Assembly (NCBI GenBank): GCA_964016885.1
Contig: OZ024757.1
Location: 36,146,001-36,210,000 of the forward strand
DNA: 64,000 bases
Direction of reading: 5' to 3'
Source: Eledone cirrhosa
Taxonomy: Eukaryota
Made by a program: the position numbers and the translations under genes
Shown: piece by piece, positions 41,920-55,198 of the stretch
Position numbering within the stretch: position 1 is the stretch's first letter
How the letters are laid out: every line of letters starts with the position of its first letter
The notes under the pieces: generated by a model
What the model saw: only the letters and a program-made list of their open reading frames with translations
The model's database searches: none
Told to the model about the DNA's origin: nothing

Positions 41920-42297
41920 TTATATTTAAAATTGTTGGGTTACAACTAGTAAATATTTATAACTGATATAAAAGCACTCGACAAATATTTGGAGTATATT
42001 TACAATATTAAATAAATGGAAAACTATATTTATAAAACCATATTTATTTCATTATATATATTTCGGGGATATCATATTAACAATATGCTATGCCTTCATC
42101 AGACAAAAATACTGCTAGAGTAAACCTCTTCAAATGAAGTTGATGTTTATTACGGTATGTCGAATATATTTATCTATAAAACTGTTTATATTGTATTTTG
42201 TCTGATGAAGGCATAGCATATTGTTAATATGATATCCCCGAAATATATATAATGAAATAAATATGGTTTTATAAATATAGTTTTCCATTTATTTAAT

Positions 42298-42303
<6 letters not shown>
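41920..42303. mobile_element. Penelope-like inverted pseudo-LTR pair with 108-bp arms at 42001-42108 and 42196-42303
   Basis: Arms appear perfectly complementary; each carries a hammerhead core; flanked by (TA)n. Confidence 0.8.
42194..42259 (+). ncRNA. Minimal type I hammerhead ribozyme motif (H1-related); mirror copy ~42045-42110 (-)
   Basis: tattttgt CTGATGA aggcatagcatatt-gtt-aatatgatatcccc GAAA tatata TA atgaaata; stem I has two G-U pairs. Confidence 0.8.
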
Positions 42304-42349
<46 letters not shown>

Positions 42350-42351
<2 letters not shown>

Positions 42352-42490
42352 GGTTAACGTATGTTGATGCCCTAAGGACAAGCTGGTCTGTTGGAGACGC
42401 AGGACATAGCAGCGATAATGAGGGACAGAGACCGCTGGAGAGAACTCGTCCATGGATCTCGGGAATTTTACCCGCCTTAGATAGATAGAT
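42350..42490 (+). mobile_element. RTE-type LINE extreme 3' end with (atag)n tail
   Basis: TYVDAL...DIAAIMRDRDRWRELVHGSREFYPP*. Confidence 0.6.
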
Positions 42491-42759
42491 ATATATATAT
42501 ATATATGTGTATGAATATATGTATATATATATATATATATATAAATATAGTAAAAATTGTTTCTACTTTTGGCACAAGGCCAGCAAATACCAGTACATTA
42601 CTGGTACTTTATTTTATCGACCCCGTAAGGATGAAAGGCAAAGTTAACCTCGGCGGGATTTGAACTCAGAATGGCAAGGGCCGTAACTCTATGCGACAAA
42701 GCATGGTGTCTGACCCTCTACTGATACTGCCAATCCATATAGTAATAATAATAACAACT

Positions 42760-43000
42760 CAGGAAACTGGATAACTCCGATATAAAACCTGCTGCTCAGT
42801 AGTTACCGATGATGTTGATCTTTTCTTCTTTTCAGGTTATAGCTACTGTCGCTCAGAGAGTGGGATTGGCTCAGTGCACAGTCTTTCCTAACTTTAAAAA
42901 ATATCTTCACGCACAGGCATTGCACAATAGAATTAATTAATAATTATTAATAATGGTATATAGTGCAATGGCCATACTCGATAACGAGGGGGCAGCCATT
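42760..43000 (+). mobile_element. Diverged relative of the 5146/41385/60748 element
   Basis: Shares gatgatgttga.cttttcttctttt...gagagtggga.tggct...cttcacg.cacaggcattgc and the end ggcc.tactcga.aacgag..ggcagcca. Confidence 0.65.
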
Positions 43001-43459
43001 ATATATGCATGTATATATATATGTATATATGTATGTATGTATATATATATATATATGTATATATATACGTATATGTATATATATATACGTATATATATGT
43101 ATATATATACGTATATATATGTATATATATACGTATATATATGTATATATATACGTATATATATATGTATATATATACGTATATATATATGTATATATAT
43201 ACGTATATATATGTATATATATATACGTATATATATGTATATATATGTATGTGTATATATATATATGTATGTATATATGTATGTATATATATATGTATGT
43301 ATATATGTATATATGTATATATATATGTATGTATATATGTATGTATATATATATGTATATATATATGTATGTATATATGTATGTATATATGTATATATGT
43401 ATGTATATATGTATATATATATGTATATATATATGTATATATATGTATATATATATGTA

Positions 43460-43490
<31 letters not shown>

Positions 43491-43501
43491 ATATATATAT
43501 G

Positions 43502-43546
<45 letters not shown>

Positions 43547-43642
43547 ATATATATATATATGTGTATGTATATATATATATATATATATGTGTATGTATAT
43601 ATATATATATATATATGTGTATGTATATATATATATGTATAA

Positions 43643-44497
43643 GTGTTGATGAGTAGAAAAGAGGACAAAACCCTGATTCCGTCAGGGAAATGGCCATGTT
43701 CGATATGCAGAAAAGTAACTGACATAAATTCTATAAAATGCACACAATGCAGGTCCTGGGTACACAAGAGATGTAGCGGGATAGCAGGCAAACTAACAGG
43801 TAGGGAGAAATATGTATGCAGTAGATGTACAGGGAAATTAGACAGTAGAAGTCGCACTGATAGACACATTTTTCAAATGCGAGAGGGCGCTATAGAAGTG
43901 GTGGATAGCTTCCGGTACCTAGGAGATCAGATTAGCATGGGAGGAGGGTGTTCCGAGGCCATAGTATCTAGAATAAGGACAGGTTGGAAGAAGTTTAGGG
44001 AGCTGCTTCCTCTGTTGACGAAGAAGGGTCTCTCCCTGCGTACGAAAGGCCGGTTGTATGATGCCTGTGTGAGGAGCGCGATGCTGCATGGTAGTGAGAC
44101 ATGGGCAGCAACCGCAGAGGATATGCGACGGCTGGAGAGAAATGAAGCAAGCATGCTCCGTTGGATGTGCAGTGTAAATGTGCGTGAACGACCCAGCATA
44201 AATGTGTTGAGAGAGAAACTGTGTCTGAGAGGGATAGAATGTAGTGTACGGGAGAGGAGACTGAGGTGGTATGGACATGTGATGCGCATGGAGGATGACC
44301 GATGGGTGAAGAAGTGCCAGGAAATGCCAGTTGAAGGAAGATGTGGTAGAGGTAGACCACGAAAAACATGGGCGGAGGTGGTGAGAACAGACCTCAGATC
44401 ATTGAAGCTCACGGTGGAGATGACGAGGGACCGTGACGAGTGGAGAGATGCTGTGCTGAATAAGACCCGTCCCACCCTTGCAAGCATGCCAAAATAG
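43643..44497 (+). mobile_element. 5'-truncated RTE LINE ORF2 (284-aa open frame) with a C4HC3 PHD-like finger
   Basis: CSIC...CTQC...HKRC...CSRC then FRYLGD, GWKKFRELLPLL, LHGSETW, RRLRWYGHV, GRPRKTW. Confidence 0.92.
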
Positions 44498-44889
44498 AAC
44501 ATAGGAACATAGGGGCATATTAGAGAACATAGAGAGAAAAATTATATCCACACACAGGAAAGATGCAATGCTCAGACAAATCACAGAGGTGACAAACATA
44601 AATGAACCCCAACCCAAATTAAACAAAACATGAATGGAATAGCAACATCACAACTAGTAATTAAGGACAAAATGAAGACATACAGACACACACAAAAACC
44701 AAACCAAACAAAACAAATCAGACACACACAGATAGAACAAACAACCAATCAGTGACAAATAAATAAACACATATATAAATAAATAAACACACACACACCC
44801 TGATGTAACGCATGCGCAGACTAAGTGCACAAGACACAAAACAAGATGGTGTAGGATAGAACAAAGGAGAGACACAAAATAAAAACCTC

Positions 44890-44930
44890 GTCACTGACGA
44901 GGTCACAATGTGTGACGAAAGAGCTTTGAC
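44890..44930 (+). ncRNA. Minimal type I hammerhead ribozyme motif (H2) in a Penelope-like pseudo-LTR (~44500-45060)
   Basis: gtca CTGACGA g gtcaca atg tgtgac GAAA gagc TT tgac. Confidence 0.8.
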
Positions 44931-45554
44931 AATATATAAACTACCATTCGGTTATCACACCAACCAACCAACCAACCGGAAATTTATAATAAATTAAAGT
45001 GAAAACCAACAGGTGCATGTGCTTTTATTGGCAGAATGACCCTCCAAAAGTATGACAATATATATATGTATGTATGTACATACACATTAACACTTAACAT
45101 ACTGTACCACATGAAACCACATTAACAAGACATTATTAAAAAGTACAAAACAGCACTATGACTGTATTATGTTAAATATTTAGTTTACTGCAAATTTTCA
45201 CAACAGTCTGTTGACCAGATGCTATAAACTATACTATGGGCCAAAAGAAATAGTTAAGGAAGGGCTTCGTCTCTGAAGGCATTCTGCTGTCCAGCTCTCC
45301 TCACAGTTCCTTACTTTTTGAATTAGCAAACCTGTTTTTAGGTATTTTCTGCTAAATCATTAGAAGATGTTAAGACAGACAGGCACATACACACACACAC
45401 ACATACACACACACACACACACACTATACCCATCTTCTAGCAATGTTTTTTTTAAAATCCTTTTTAAATTTTGTTTTATATATTTCTTTTCCTTCCTTTT
45501 CTTCTCTGTAAAAATAAAACAAGAAAAATATTTTTTATTTCCTTTGTAACCATT

Positions 45555-45735
45555 TTTAATTGTTTCCCTACTGAAAACATAGCCAGCCCCATCTTTGTTT
45601 CCCTACTGAAAACATAGCCAGCCCCATCTTTAATTGTTTCCCTACTGAAAACAGAGTCAGCCCCATTTTTAATTGTTTCCCTACTGAAAACATAGCCAGC
45701 CCCATTTTTAATTGTTTCCCTACTGAAAACAGCCC
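45555..45735. repeat. ~36-39-bp minisatellite, 5 units
   Basis: aattgtttccctactgaaaacatagccagccccat. Confidence 0.9.
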
Positions 45736-45820
45736 ATCTTCAACCATCTCCCTTTAATCATCTCCCACCCAAACATCATCATCTTTTCGATTCCGTCCAT
45801 GAATTTTGTTTAATGTGTAG

Positions 45821-45961
45821 GATTGGGAGCGTATCCAGCAGTAGAGGAGTTTTCTAGAAGCTGTAATAACGACTGCAGTGATCTTGGCTTTCTAAAGAGA
45901 GTCGGTCGACTCCCAGGTCAACCATTTCCCACTGGACCATCCTGGTGGATAGGATATCCCA
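45821..45961 (+). CDS. Probable coding exon (141 nt, phase 1-1) of the host gene
   Basis: ttttgtttaatgtgtag| acceptor and CCCA|gtaggt donor; LGAYPAVEEFSRSCNNDCSDLGFLKRVGRLPGQPFPTGPSWWIGYP in frame with the upstream exons; donor position uncertain. Confidence 0.55.
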
Positions 45962-46515
45962 GTAGGTGCAAACCATCTTTTCTACATGGCATGATATCAT
46001 TTTCTGCTCTCTATTACTACTATTACTACTATTACTACTACTACTACTACTACTCCTACTCCAACCTGCTGCTCGACACATGATGTGTGTGTGTGTGTTG
46101 TTTTTTTTAAAAAGCAAAAAAAAAAAAAAGTTTCAATTTTTTAAAATAAGATATGTATTTTTCTTTATTTTATTTTTTTAAAAAGAATTTTCTGGATTTT
46201 TACTTTTTTATATCTTACTAATTAATTATTTCCTTATTCCATTCATAATGCTAATACCACCTAATTGTTTGACTTATCTGTTTGGCTTCTATTTCAATGG
46301 TAAATATATGTTAATCTGTCTCCTAAACGTTTGATCTGGCTGCTGCTGCTGATGATGCTGTTGCTGCTATTTTTATCTGGTTGAAAAATCATTCAATCAT
46401 CATATTGCGCGCACACACGTGTGTCTGTGTGTGCGTGTATATATATATATTCATTGCAATTCGGTTGTGACTTCCCTTTTGCTATATATGCTTGCTGCTT
46501 ATATTTTATGACAAT

Positions 46516-46640
46516 CATACTCTGTGCATCCATACTCTGTGCATCCATACTTTGTGCATCCATACTATGTGCATCCATACACTGTGCATCCATACTATAT
46601 GCATCCATACTATGTGCATCCATACACTGTGCATCCATTC
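46516..46640. repeat. 15-bp minisatellite, about 8 units
   Basis: catactctgtgcatc. Confidence 0.92.
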
Positions 46641-46739
46641 TACATATATCATACTATATATACATTACATATATACTGTGAATAATCATACTATATATAT
46701 TGTACTTATACTCTGAGCATGTATAGATTCATTCAAAAA

Positions 46740-47188
46740 ACGATGTTATAAACTTTTCTGGATGGGAAATGACAGTGGTCTGGGTGGAGTAGGAATTATG
46801 TTTGCAGAAAAATGGGTAGATAAGGTAATTGCTGTAAATAGAGTGAATGACAGAATAATTAAAATAAGACTAGTTCTAAATAGAATAACTGTGTCAATAA
46901 TATCTGCTTATGCACCCCAATCTGGCCGACCTGATGTTATAAAAGACAGGTTCTATCAGTTGCTAATGCCTCCCAACATAGCCTAATAGTTAGTGACCTC
47001 ATAGTCAAGACTAGTATTCGACAACAGAGGACTGCCTTCAGGAGAAGAATATGGAAGTTGAAGGACCCCACAGCAAGTAACAAATTTAAAAGCATATTAC
47101 TTGATGCATTTGTCTGTAAGGAAGAGCAATTAGAGACGTACAATATAGAGGAATAGTGGGAATTCCTGAAAGATAACCTACTGAAGGT
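46740..47188 (+). mobile_element. RTE APE endonuclease fragment with internal deletion
   Basis: GVGIMFAEKWVDKVIAVNRVNDRIIKIRL...IISAYAPQSG, then the post-EN RRRIWKLKD segment. Confidence 0.85.
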
Positions 47189-47450
47189 GTGTATGTATAT
47201 ATATATATATATATATATACTTCTGATTCTGGTTGTTATCAAGCTAGCGAGGAGCTTATGTACATTGGCTGATTAGCAAAATTTTCAGCTTCTGTTGGAA
47301 CACACTAGATGGTGCTACACTATCAGTTTTTTCACATGTGTGGCTGGCCCCTGGTATCAAGAAAAGAAAATCTTTTTCGAAGAACTCATTGGATTTTTCA
47401 AAATTTAAAGGTTCTCTTTTCAGAACTTTCATGGCTTTTATAGGTTTTCC

Positions 47451-47506
47451 CATCTGAAGAGCTCAGGCTATCATAACTGACAGTCCTTAGTGAAATATGT
47501 ATAATG
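47451..47506 (+). ncRNA. Hammerhead-like motif (H3) in a putative Penelope-like pseudo-LTR (~47220-47590)
   Basis: cat CTGAAGA gctcagg ctatca-taac-tgacag t ccttagt GAAA tatgta TA atg; downstream aataaa; stem I only 3 bp. Confidence 0.6.
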
Positions 47507-48033
47507 CAGTTTTAAATAAACCTGAATCAACTGATTATGGCTTCCAATCTTTTAATAATAGATAATGTTCTGACTTGCACCATTTATACAGGTTGTTGAA
47601 TGCTTCTTTTTATCTGCTTCACAACCGACTGACCATAATATGGTCCATACATCCCTGTTCAGTTAACTCTATACTCTTATATATATATATGTGTGTATGT
47701 ATAAATATACATATATAATGTGTGGTCTCTACTGAGGGGGGTTTATTGTCTTATTGTCTTGTTTTACCTCTGTCGACTATATTTTTAATGTTTACCTGAA
47801 GGCAATAACAACAATATTAATCCCAAGATAATAATAGAGGATAATATAAATATATGTTATGTAAGTCTCACACACACACACACACACATATACATACACA
47901 CACACACTTATACACATGCATACATATATGCACACGCACATACATAGTCACACACCACTTACGCACATATGCGCATATCACACACTTAGACACACACACA
48001 CCCATGCACATGTCACTTACACACACATACCGC

Positions 48034-48067
<34 letters not shown>

Positions 48068-48146
48068 TCAAACACATGCACCACTTACTCACCACACACA
48101 GAAAATAATAAATATATCTTACTGTGTTGGAAGTAATTATAGATGT

Positions 48147-48688
48147 AGTATATACCTACCAACACTAGTATATATCCACCAACACTAGTATATATCCACC
48201 AGCACTAGTATATATCTACCAGCACTAGTATATACCTACCAACACTAGTATATACCTACCAGCACTAGTATATACCTACCAACACTAGTATATACCTACC
48301 AACACTAGTATATACCTACCAACACTAGTATATACCTACTAACACTAGTATATACCTACCAACACTAGTATATACCTACCAACACTAGTATATACCTACC
48401 AACACTAGTATATACCTACCAACACTAGTATATATCTACCAACACTAGTATATATCTACCAACACTAGTATATATCTACCAACACTAGTATATATCTACC
48501 AACACTAGTATATATCTACCAACACTAGTATATACCTACCAACACTAGTATATATCCACCAACACTAGTATATATCCACCAACACTAGTATATATCCACC
48601 AACACTAGTATATATCCACCAACACTAGTATATATCCACCAACACTAGTATATATCCACCAACACTAGTATATATCTACCAACACTAT
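48147..48688. repeat. 20-bp minisatellite, about 27 units
   Basis: tatatacctaccaacactag with blocks of variant units. Confidence 0.96.
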
Positions 48689-49635
48689 GTATGGAGTATA
48701 ATTTTGGGGCAATTTGTGTTTTAATTGCATTTCATTTTTCCAAAGAATGTTACAATGACAATATGTGTGAGTATTATTTGAAATTTATTTCATTTGATTT
48801 GTGTAATTATGGATTTGTAGTGTGTGTGTGTAGTGATTTATGTACTTATACAGTCTATATATATGTGTCTAGTGATTTATGTACATATGCAGTTTATGCA
48901 TGTGGTGATTTCTGTACATTTACAGTCTATATGTGTGTGTGTATATATATATATATGTATGTATAGAAAGGATGAGGGGTTAAATTTTATCTATATCTTT
49001 TTATAATTGCATGTTATCAGTCTTCGAAGGATCTTGTTTTTATAAGCGCTATAAGTGAAATACATTAATCGAAGAGTTGGTAGCTTCTCATCGGTAGTAA
49101 ATGCTTCTGACTTCCAGGATATAAATAAATATCTCTTTAACGCTCAATCCTCAATAAAGATAATTTTATTTGTCGAAAGGAATGTAGGAGTCATTTTATG
49201 ATAATTCTTCACGCGTCCGTATCATCTATTGGTCAGCTCCGTCTGTCTGGTGTCTCAAGTGATGTCTGAGGTTTTTTTTACCAGAGAGCGAGAGTGAGAT
49301 TGACCCTGTATTCATACGCAACTTCCCATTGGTCAGTTTGACCTTATTGCATATGAAAATGTTGCTATTGAGAAGTGCGACATAGTTCCACTACATATGT
49401 ATATATTTATAATGGAAAGTGGTCGTGCTGCTGACATGACAAAAAGCACCCAGCACTCACTGTAAATGAGTTTGATGTTAGGAAGGGCATCCAGCTGTAG
49501 AAATCAAGTCAAAATCAGTTCTGTATGAACAAGACATGGTCACCTGACCTAATATTGCCCACAGCAGGAAAACTCATCCATGGAAGCATGGAAACTCATC
49601 CATGCTAGCATGGAAAAATTGACGTAAAAAGGTGT

Positions 49636-49695
<60 letters not shown>

Positions 49696-49888
49696 TGCTG
49701 TCAGTCTTATTTATATGGAATTTCTAATATAAATTTTAAAACCTCGACTCAACGCAACCCTGTAATATAGATTCACAGGTATTGATTGAAGATAGGAAAA
49801 GTACAGAAGATTTTAAAGTGCTGAATATATTTTCATAACAAATGAATAGAATTTTCTAAGATTAGTGTCTGTGTATCTGTGCGAGCGT

Positions 49889-49926
<38 letters not shown>

Positions 49927-50030
49927 AATATATCCATAGATAAAATGTGAAGGAAAACAATTCTCAACCTATATCATCTACTTATCAGGGTCCAGTTATG
50001 GCCACCACTGTATAGTGGTGGCCATAACAG

Positions 50031-50062
<32 letters not shown>

Positions 50063-50070
50063 ATATATAT

Positions 50071-50280
50071 GAAGGTGTGTGTGTGGTTAGAGAATTGGAT
50101 TCCCAATCGTGAGGTTGGGCGTTCGATTCTCAGACCAGATGATGCGTTATGTCCTTGAACAAGACACTTTATTTCACGTTGCTCCTTCTACCTGGAGTTG
50201 TGACCGATAGATAGTATTAGCAATTGGAAATACCAATGGAAACATTGTTTCATCGGTATGGTTTGACGAAAGTCGATTGA
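50071..50280 (+). mobile_element. tRNA-derived SINE (type A-like head, tail 4); relative ~31080-31290
   Basis: Body cttgaacaagacactttatttcacgttgctcc then cctggagttgtgac.ga.agatagtat.agcaat...ggaaacattgttt. Confidence 0.65.
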
Positions 50281-50297
50281 CTGTCAATATATATATA

Positions 50298-50871
50298 TCA
50301 TCATCAACATCATCATCATTTTATGTCCGCTCTTCCCTGCTTGCAAGGGTGGGACAGGTCTTATTCAGCTCAGCATTTCTCCACTTGTCACGGTCCTTCG
50401 TCATCTCCACCGTGAGCTTCAGCGATCTGAGGTCTGTTCTCACCACCTCCACCCATGTTTTTCTTGGTCTACCTCTACCACGTCTTCCTTCAACTGGCAT
50501 TTCCTGGCACTTCTTCAAATATCGGTCATCCTCCATGCGCATCACATGTCCATACCACCTCAGTCTCCTCTCTCGCACACTACATTCTATCCCTCTCAGA
50601 GACAGTTTCTCTCTCAACACATCCATGATGGGTCGTTCACGCACATTGATATTGCACATCCAACGGAGCATGCTTGCTTCATTTCTCTCCAGCCGTCGCA
50701 TATCCTCTGCAGTTGCTGCCCATGTCTCACTACCATGCAGCATCGCGCTCCTCACACAGGCATCATATAACCGGCCTTTCATACGCAGGGAGAAACCCTT
50801 CTTTGTCAGCAGAGGAAGCAGCTCCCTAAATTTCTTCCAACCCGTCCTTATTCTAGACACTATGGCCTCGG

Positions 50872-50872
<1 letters not shown>
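50298..50872 (-). mobile_element. 5'-truncated RTE LINE 3' end with (gat)n tail
   Basis: SEAIVSRIRTGWKKFRELLPLL...TCPTLASREERT*, highly similar to 43950-44490. Confidence 0.92.
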
Positions 50873-50906
<34 letters not shown>

Positions 50907-51255
50907 GATAAATCTACCAAAAGTTTACGGTAGTGTCCAATCCGTATAAAGAACTCAATGTAATCCGGATATCATGGAAAGAAGAGATGCATTCAAAAAT
51001 CACTTTCGGTGAAAGATAAACGGAATACAGAGTCAAGATAAAATATTATATATATATTATTATATATATATTATATAAAATATTATATATATATATATAT
51101 ATATAACACATGTATGAAGTAACTATAAGGTTGTATCACATACATACATACACACAGGTATCTGTAAATTTATATACACATATGTAGTAGGAAGAAACTC
51201 TCAGGAGAGCTGGACACCAGAAGCTCTTCAGAGAAGAATTCCCCCTTCAAGTAAT

Positions 51256-51295
<40 letters not shown>

Positions 51296-51554
51296 GCACA
51301 CACACACAGACACACACACATAGATGCACACACACACAGACACACACACATCATCATCATCATCACTGTTTAACGTCTATTTTTTCATGCTTGCATGGGT
51401 TAAACGGGTTATCACCGTCATGAGATGGGTTTGGCCAGTTGGTCATGCTATATCTTACTCAAACGGAACTGTATTTTGGCAGGGATTTTTACAGCTGGAT
51501 GCCCTTCCTAACACCAACATGTTTAACAAATGTGTGTGTGTATATATATATACA

Positions 51555-52275
51555 CACACACACACAGACAGACACAGACAGACAGACACAGACAGGCAGA
51601 CACAGACAGGCAGACACAGACAGGCAGACACAGACAGGCAGACACAGACAGGCAGACACAGACAGGCAGACACAGACAGGCAGACACAGACAGGCAGACA
51701 CAGACAGGCAGACACAGACAGGCAGACACAGACAGACAGACACAGACAGACAGACAGACACAGACAGACACAGACAGACAGACACAGACAGACAGACACA
51801 GACAGACAGACACAGACAGACAGACACAGACAGACAGACACAGACAGACAGACACAGACAGACAGACACAGACAGACAGACACAGACAGACAGACACAGA
51901 CAGACAGACACAGACAGACAGACACAGACAGACAGACACAGACAGACAGACACAGACAGACAGACACAGACAGACAGACACAGACAGACAGACACAGACA
52001 GACAGACACAGACAGACAGACACAGACAGACACAGACAGACAGACAGACACAGACAGACAGACACAGACAGACAGACTCAGACAGACGCACACACTCAGA
52101 CAGACACACACATTCAGACAGACACACACATTCAGACACACACATTCAGACAGACACACACATTCAGACACACACACTCAGACACACACACTCAGACACA
52201 CACACTCAGACACACACACTCAGACATACACACTCAGACATACACACTCAGACATACACACTCAGACACACACAC
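51555..52275. repeat. Compound (GACA/CA) 14-bp-period repeat
   Basis: gacacagacaggca / gacacagacagaca. Confidence 0.95.
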
Positions 52276-52279
52276 AGAT

Positions 52280-53200
52280 AGGGATGCAGGCAAAACACCT
52301 AGATGTGACAAGTGGAGACTGTAGAATTAACATAGAAGATGTCACTCATGTCATAAGCAGCTGTTCAAAGATGTCATCGTGATACTATTTACCTATGAGG
52401 CATGATGTAGTGGCCAAAACACTGTACAATACAATCCGTAGAAAAGATAGCCCTGACAATAAACACATTAAAAGCTACAACAATGTGGAAGACATCCATA
52501 TACATAATATGAAAGAGTACTGGTGGAATGTTCTAGTAAAAACCCCAATAAAATGCAGGCATAACAGACCAGATATAATGATATGGGACAGGGAAAAGAA
52601 GGCATGCACAGTAGTGGAAATTAGTTACCCAGCAGATACCAATATAATATCAAAGATTAGTGAAAAGGAGAATATTTATGCAGAACTGATGAGAAATCTG
52701 CAGATACTCCACCCTGACTATACCTTCAGATTTATACCTGTGATTATTGGGGCACTGGGGTATGTTAATAACTGCCTCAATACAAATCTTGAGAATCTAG
52801 GCTTCACAGGAACAGAAAGAACACAACTAGTTAGGGAATTACAAATACAATCCATTAATGGAACAGTAAAAAATATGTAAAAAAGTTCCAAATATTTTGC
52901 ATCTAATAACTCCATCTACACATGTACAGATACAAAGCATATACACATGCACACACATAACTCAAAACATACACATCCACACATACAATAACATCCATAT
53001 CTACACATGCATGCATACATATCTACCTAGTTGATGTGTAAATTCCAATGAGAGAGTCTTGTAACTATGTTAGAAACTGACTGTCACTCTCTATTGGCAA
53101 AAACTTGTGAAATTATAAAACCAGAAGAACGTACGTATGTACGAGAGAGAGTCTTCAGTGCTGAGACCATAGAGACCACAAATCATGGGTGTACTCAATG
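52280..53200 (+). mobile_element. R4/Dong-like RLE retrotransposon 3' part
   Basis: CRINIEDVTHVISSC, RHDVVAK, HNRPDIMIWD...VEISYP, FIPVIIGALG; one stop and a frameshift. Confidence 0.85.
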
Positions 53201-54713
53201 GATGGGGAAATGCAGAGTTGGTATAGCTGAATCTGCTTGGAATTTCGGTTGGGAATATACTTACCTTTATGTGTGTGTATACATGTTTGTGTTTGTATCT
53301 ATCTTTATGTCCCAATCATCATAAATGTCAGAAAGAATTCCACCTGAAATATAGGAAACAAAGTATTAATTTAACCCTTTTGAAATGAAACTGTTTCAAA
53401 CCACCCCTGGTTCTATGATAATAGTTTAAAAGTATATTTAACTCAGAAGATTCAGGGATTGATAAGAAGCATAATGGTTTCCACTATAGGCACAAGTTCA
53501 AGGAGAGGAGAAAGTCAATTAAATCACCCCCATTGCATTGCTGGTACTTTATTACATTGACCCCGTAAGGATGAAAGGCAAAGTTAACATCAGCAGAACC
53601 TAAAGGGCTGTAATTACATCGCGTAAAGCATATTGTCCAACACTCTACCAATACTGCCAATCCACACCCTAATCTAAACTATAATAAAGTAAGGAGTGCG
53701 GGACTGCGTACAGTTTATAATTTTGTTATCCCATTAGTAAAATAAGTTTGATTACTTTGAATAAATAATGAATGAATATTACATAATTTATCTACTAAAT
53801 TTCGTGGCTGTTGATTAAATATATTTTGTTTATTTAAAGATTCACTTCTTTACAATTTCTGAAATGTCAACACTTCCGGTTGGCCATCGCTTAAATAAAC
53901 ATTAATTTTCTCCTAATGCAGTTTATATATAATGTCGTCTTTTTTAATGTATCGTGTATTACGTTACTGATTACATAAGACAGTGTAACACAGTCTTCGT
54001 TCAATTTCTGTGTATATTGTCAATTACGATTTTATTTGATGTATCATACCTACATGTATATATTCCTGCGTATAATATCAATATACAATTTCTACTTTTG
54101 GCACGAGGCCAGCAATTATCCCAGTGCATTACTGGTACTTTATTTTATCGACCACATAAGGATGAAAGGCAAAGTTAACCTTGGTGGGATTTGAACTCAA
54201 ACTATAAAGGCCCGTAACTCTTTGCTGCAAAGCATGGTGTCTGACCCTCTACCGATACTGCCAATCAATAATAATAATAATAAAGATTATGTTATTAGAA
54301 AGAAAGAGACAACACTATAAATATTAGAGCCGTCCAACCAACCCTTGCAAGGATGCAAAAACAGACATAAAAACGATGCTGATGATTTATCTAGAAACTT
54401 CAGTAAGAACCTATGGGAAGTTCTAAACGTTCAGTTTTATAAATAAAAAAAATTATATTTAGAATTTGAGACATAAGCGAGACACCAGATCCCTAGTTTG
54501 TCTGAGAAATCAGTAGCCACCACTTCAGTACTGACTTTGTCTATGTAGACCCATCTAACCCTTGCTAGCTGCGAAAGTGGACATTAAAATGATGATGATC
54601 ACTACTAAATCCCTCTAAATTCTTGATTCTTTTTTTTTTTTCATAGTGAATAATTGTTGAGTAGAAATATGGTAATGAAAGGGGCTGATTTTATTGAGGA
54701 GATTGCCATAACA

Positions 54714-54827
54714 GTTGCTGTAGTAACATGTTGCTGTTTGTGGCTTGTGAGTCTAGTTAAAGAAAGAAAGAAAGAGAGAAACAGATGACAGAAGTGAAAG
54801 TGAAAGTGGACTTCCTGGTCATGTGAC
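54714..54827. promoter_or_regulatory. Cluster of transcription-factor-like motifs upstream of a putative alternative first exon
   Basis: GTTGCTGTAGTAAC (RFX X-box-like, 54714), AAGTGAAAGTGAAAGT (IRF/PRDM1-like, ~54792), ACTTCCTG (ETS-like), GTCATGTGAC (M-box/CLEAR-like, 54818). Confidence 0.4.
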
Positions 54828-54915
54828 TATTACATCATACTGTGATATATACATGTGTGTGCGTGTGTGTGTGTACACACACACACATATATGTCCGGCC
54901 TCCTGTTGTTTTAAT

Positions 54916-54952
<37 letters not shown>

Positions 54953-55198
54953 CTGTATAATATGTATGGATATATATATACACATACATACAAACACACA
55001 GACACACACACATATATATATATATATATGCTGTATATCCTATGATAGTCTGCAGTGAGCTGGGCGGTGCCCAACTCTTTTATTTGTGTGTCTGTGTGTT
55101 ATAGTATTATTATTATTAACTTCTGCTGCTGCTGTCAATCCAAGTGGTTTGGCCTGCAGTCTCCTACATTGTCTTCTCTGTCTGTATGCTACCTTATT

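Noticed and set aside
49060-49100. Minus-strand CCGATGA-gaag...cttc-GATT hammerhead-like motif
   Set aside because: Both core boxes are mutated and there is no stem I.
51324-52382. 352-aa QTDRH-repeat ORF
   Set aside because: A compound GACA repeat running into a LINE fragment.
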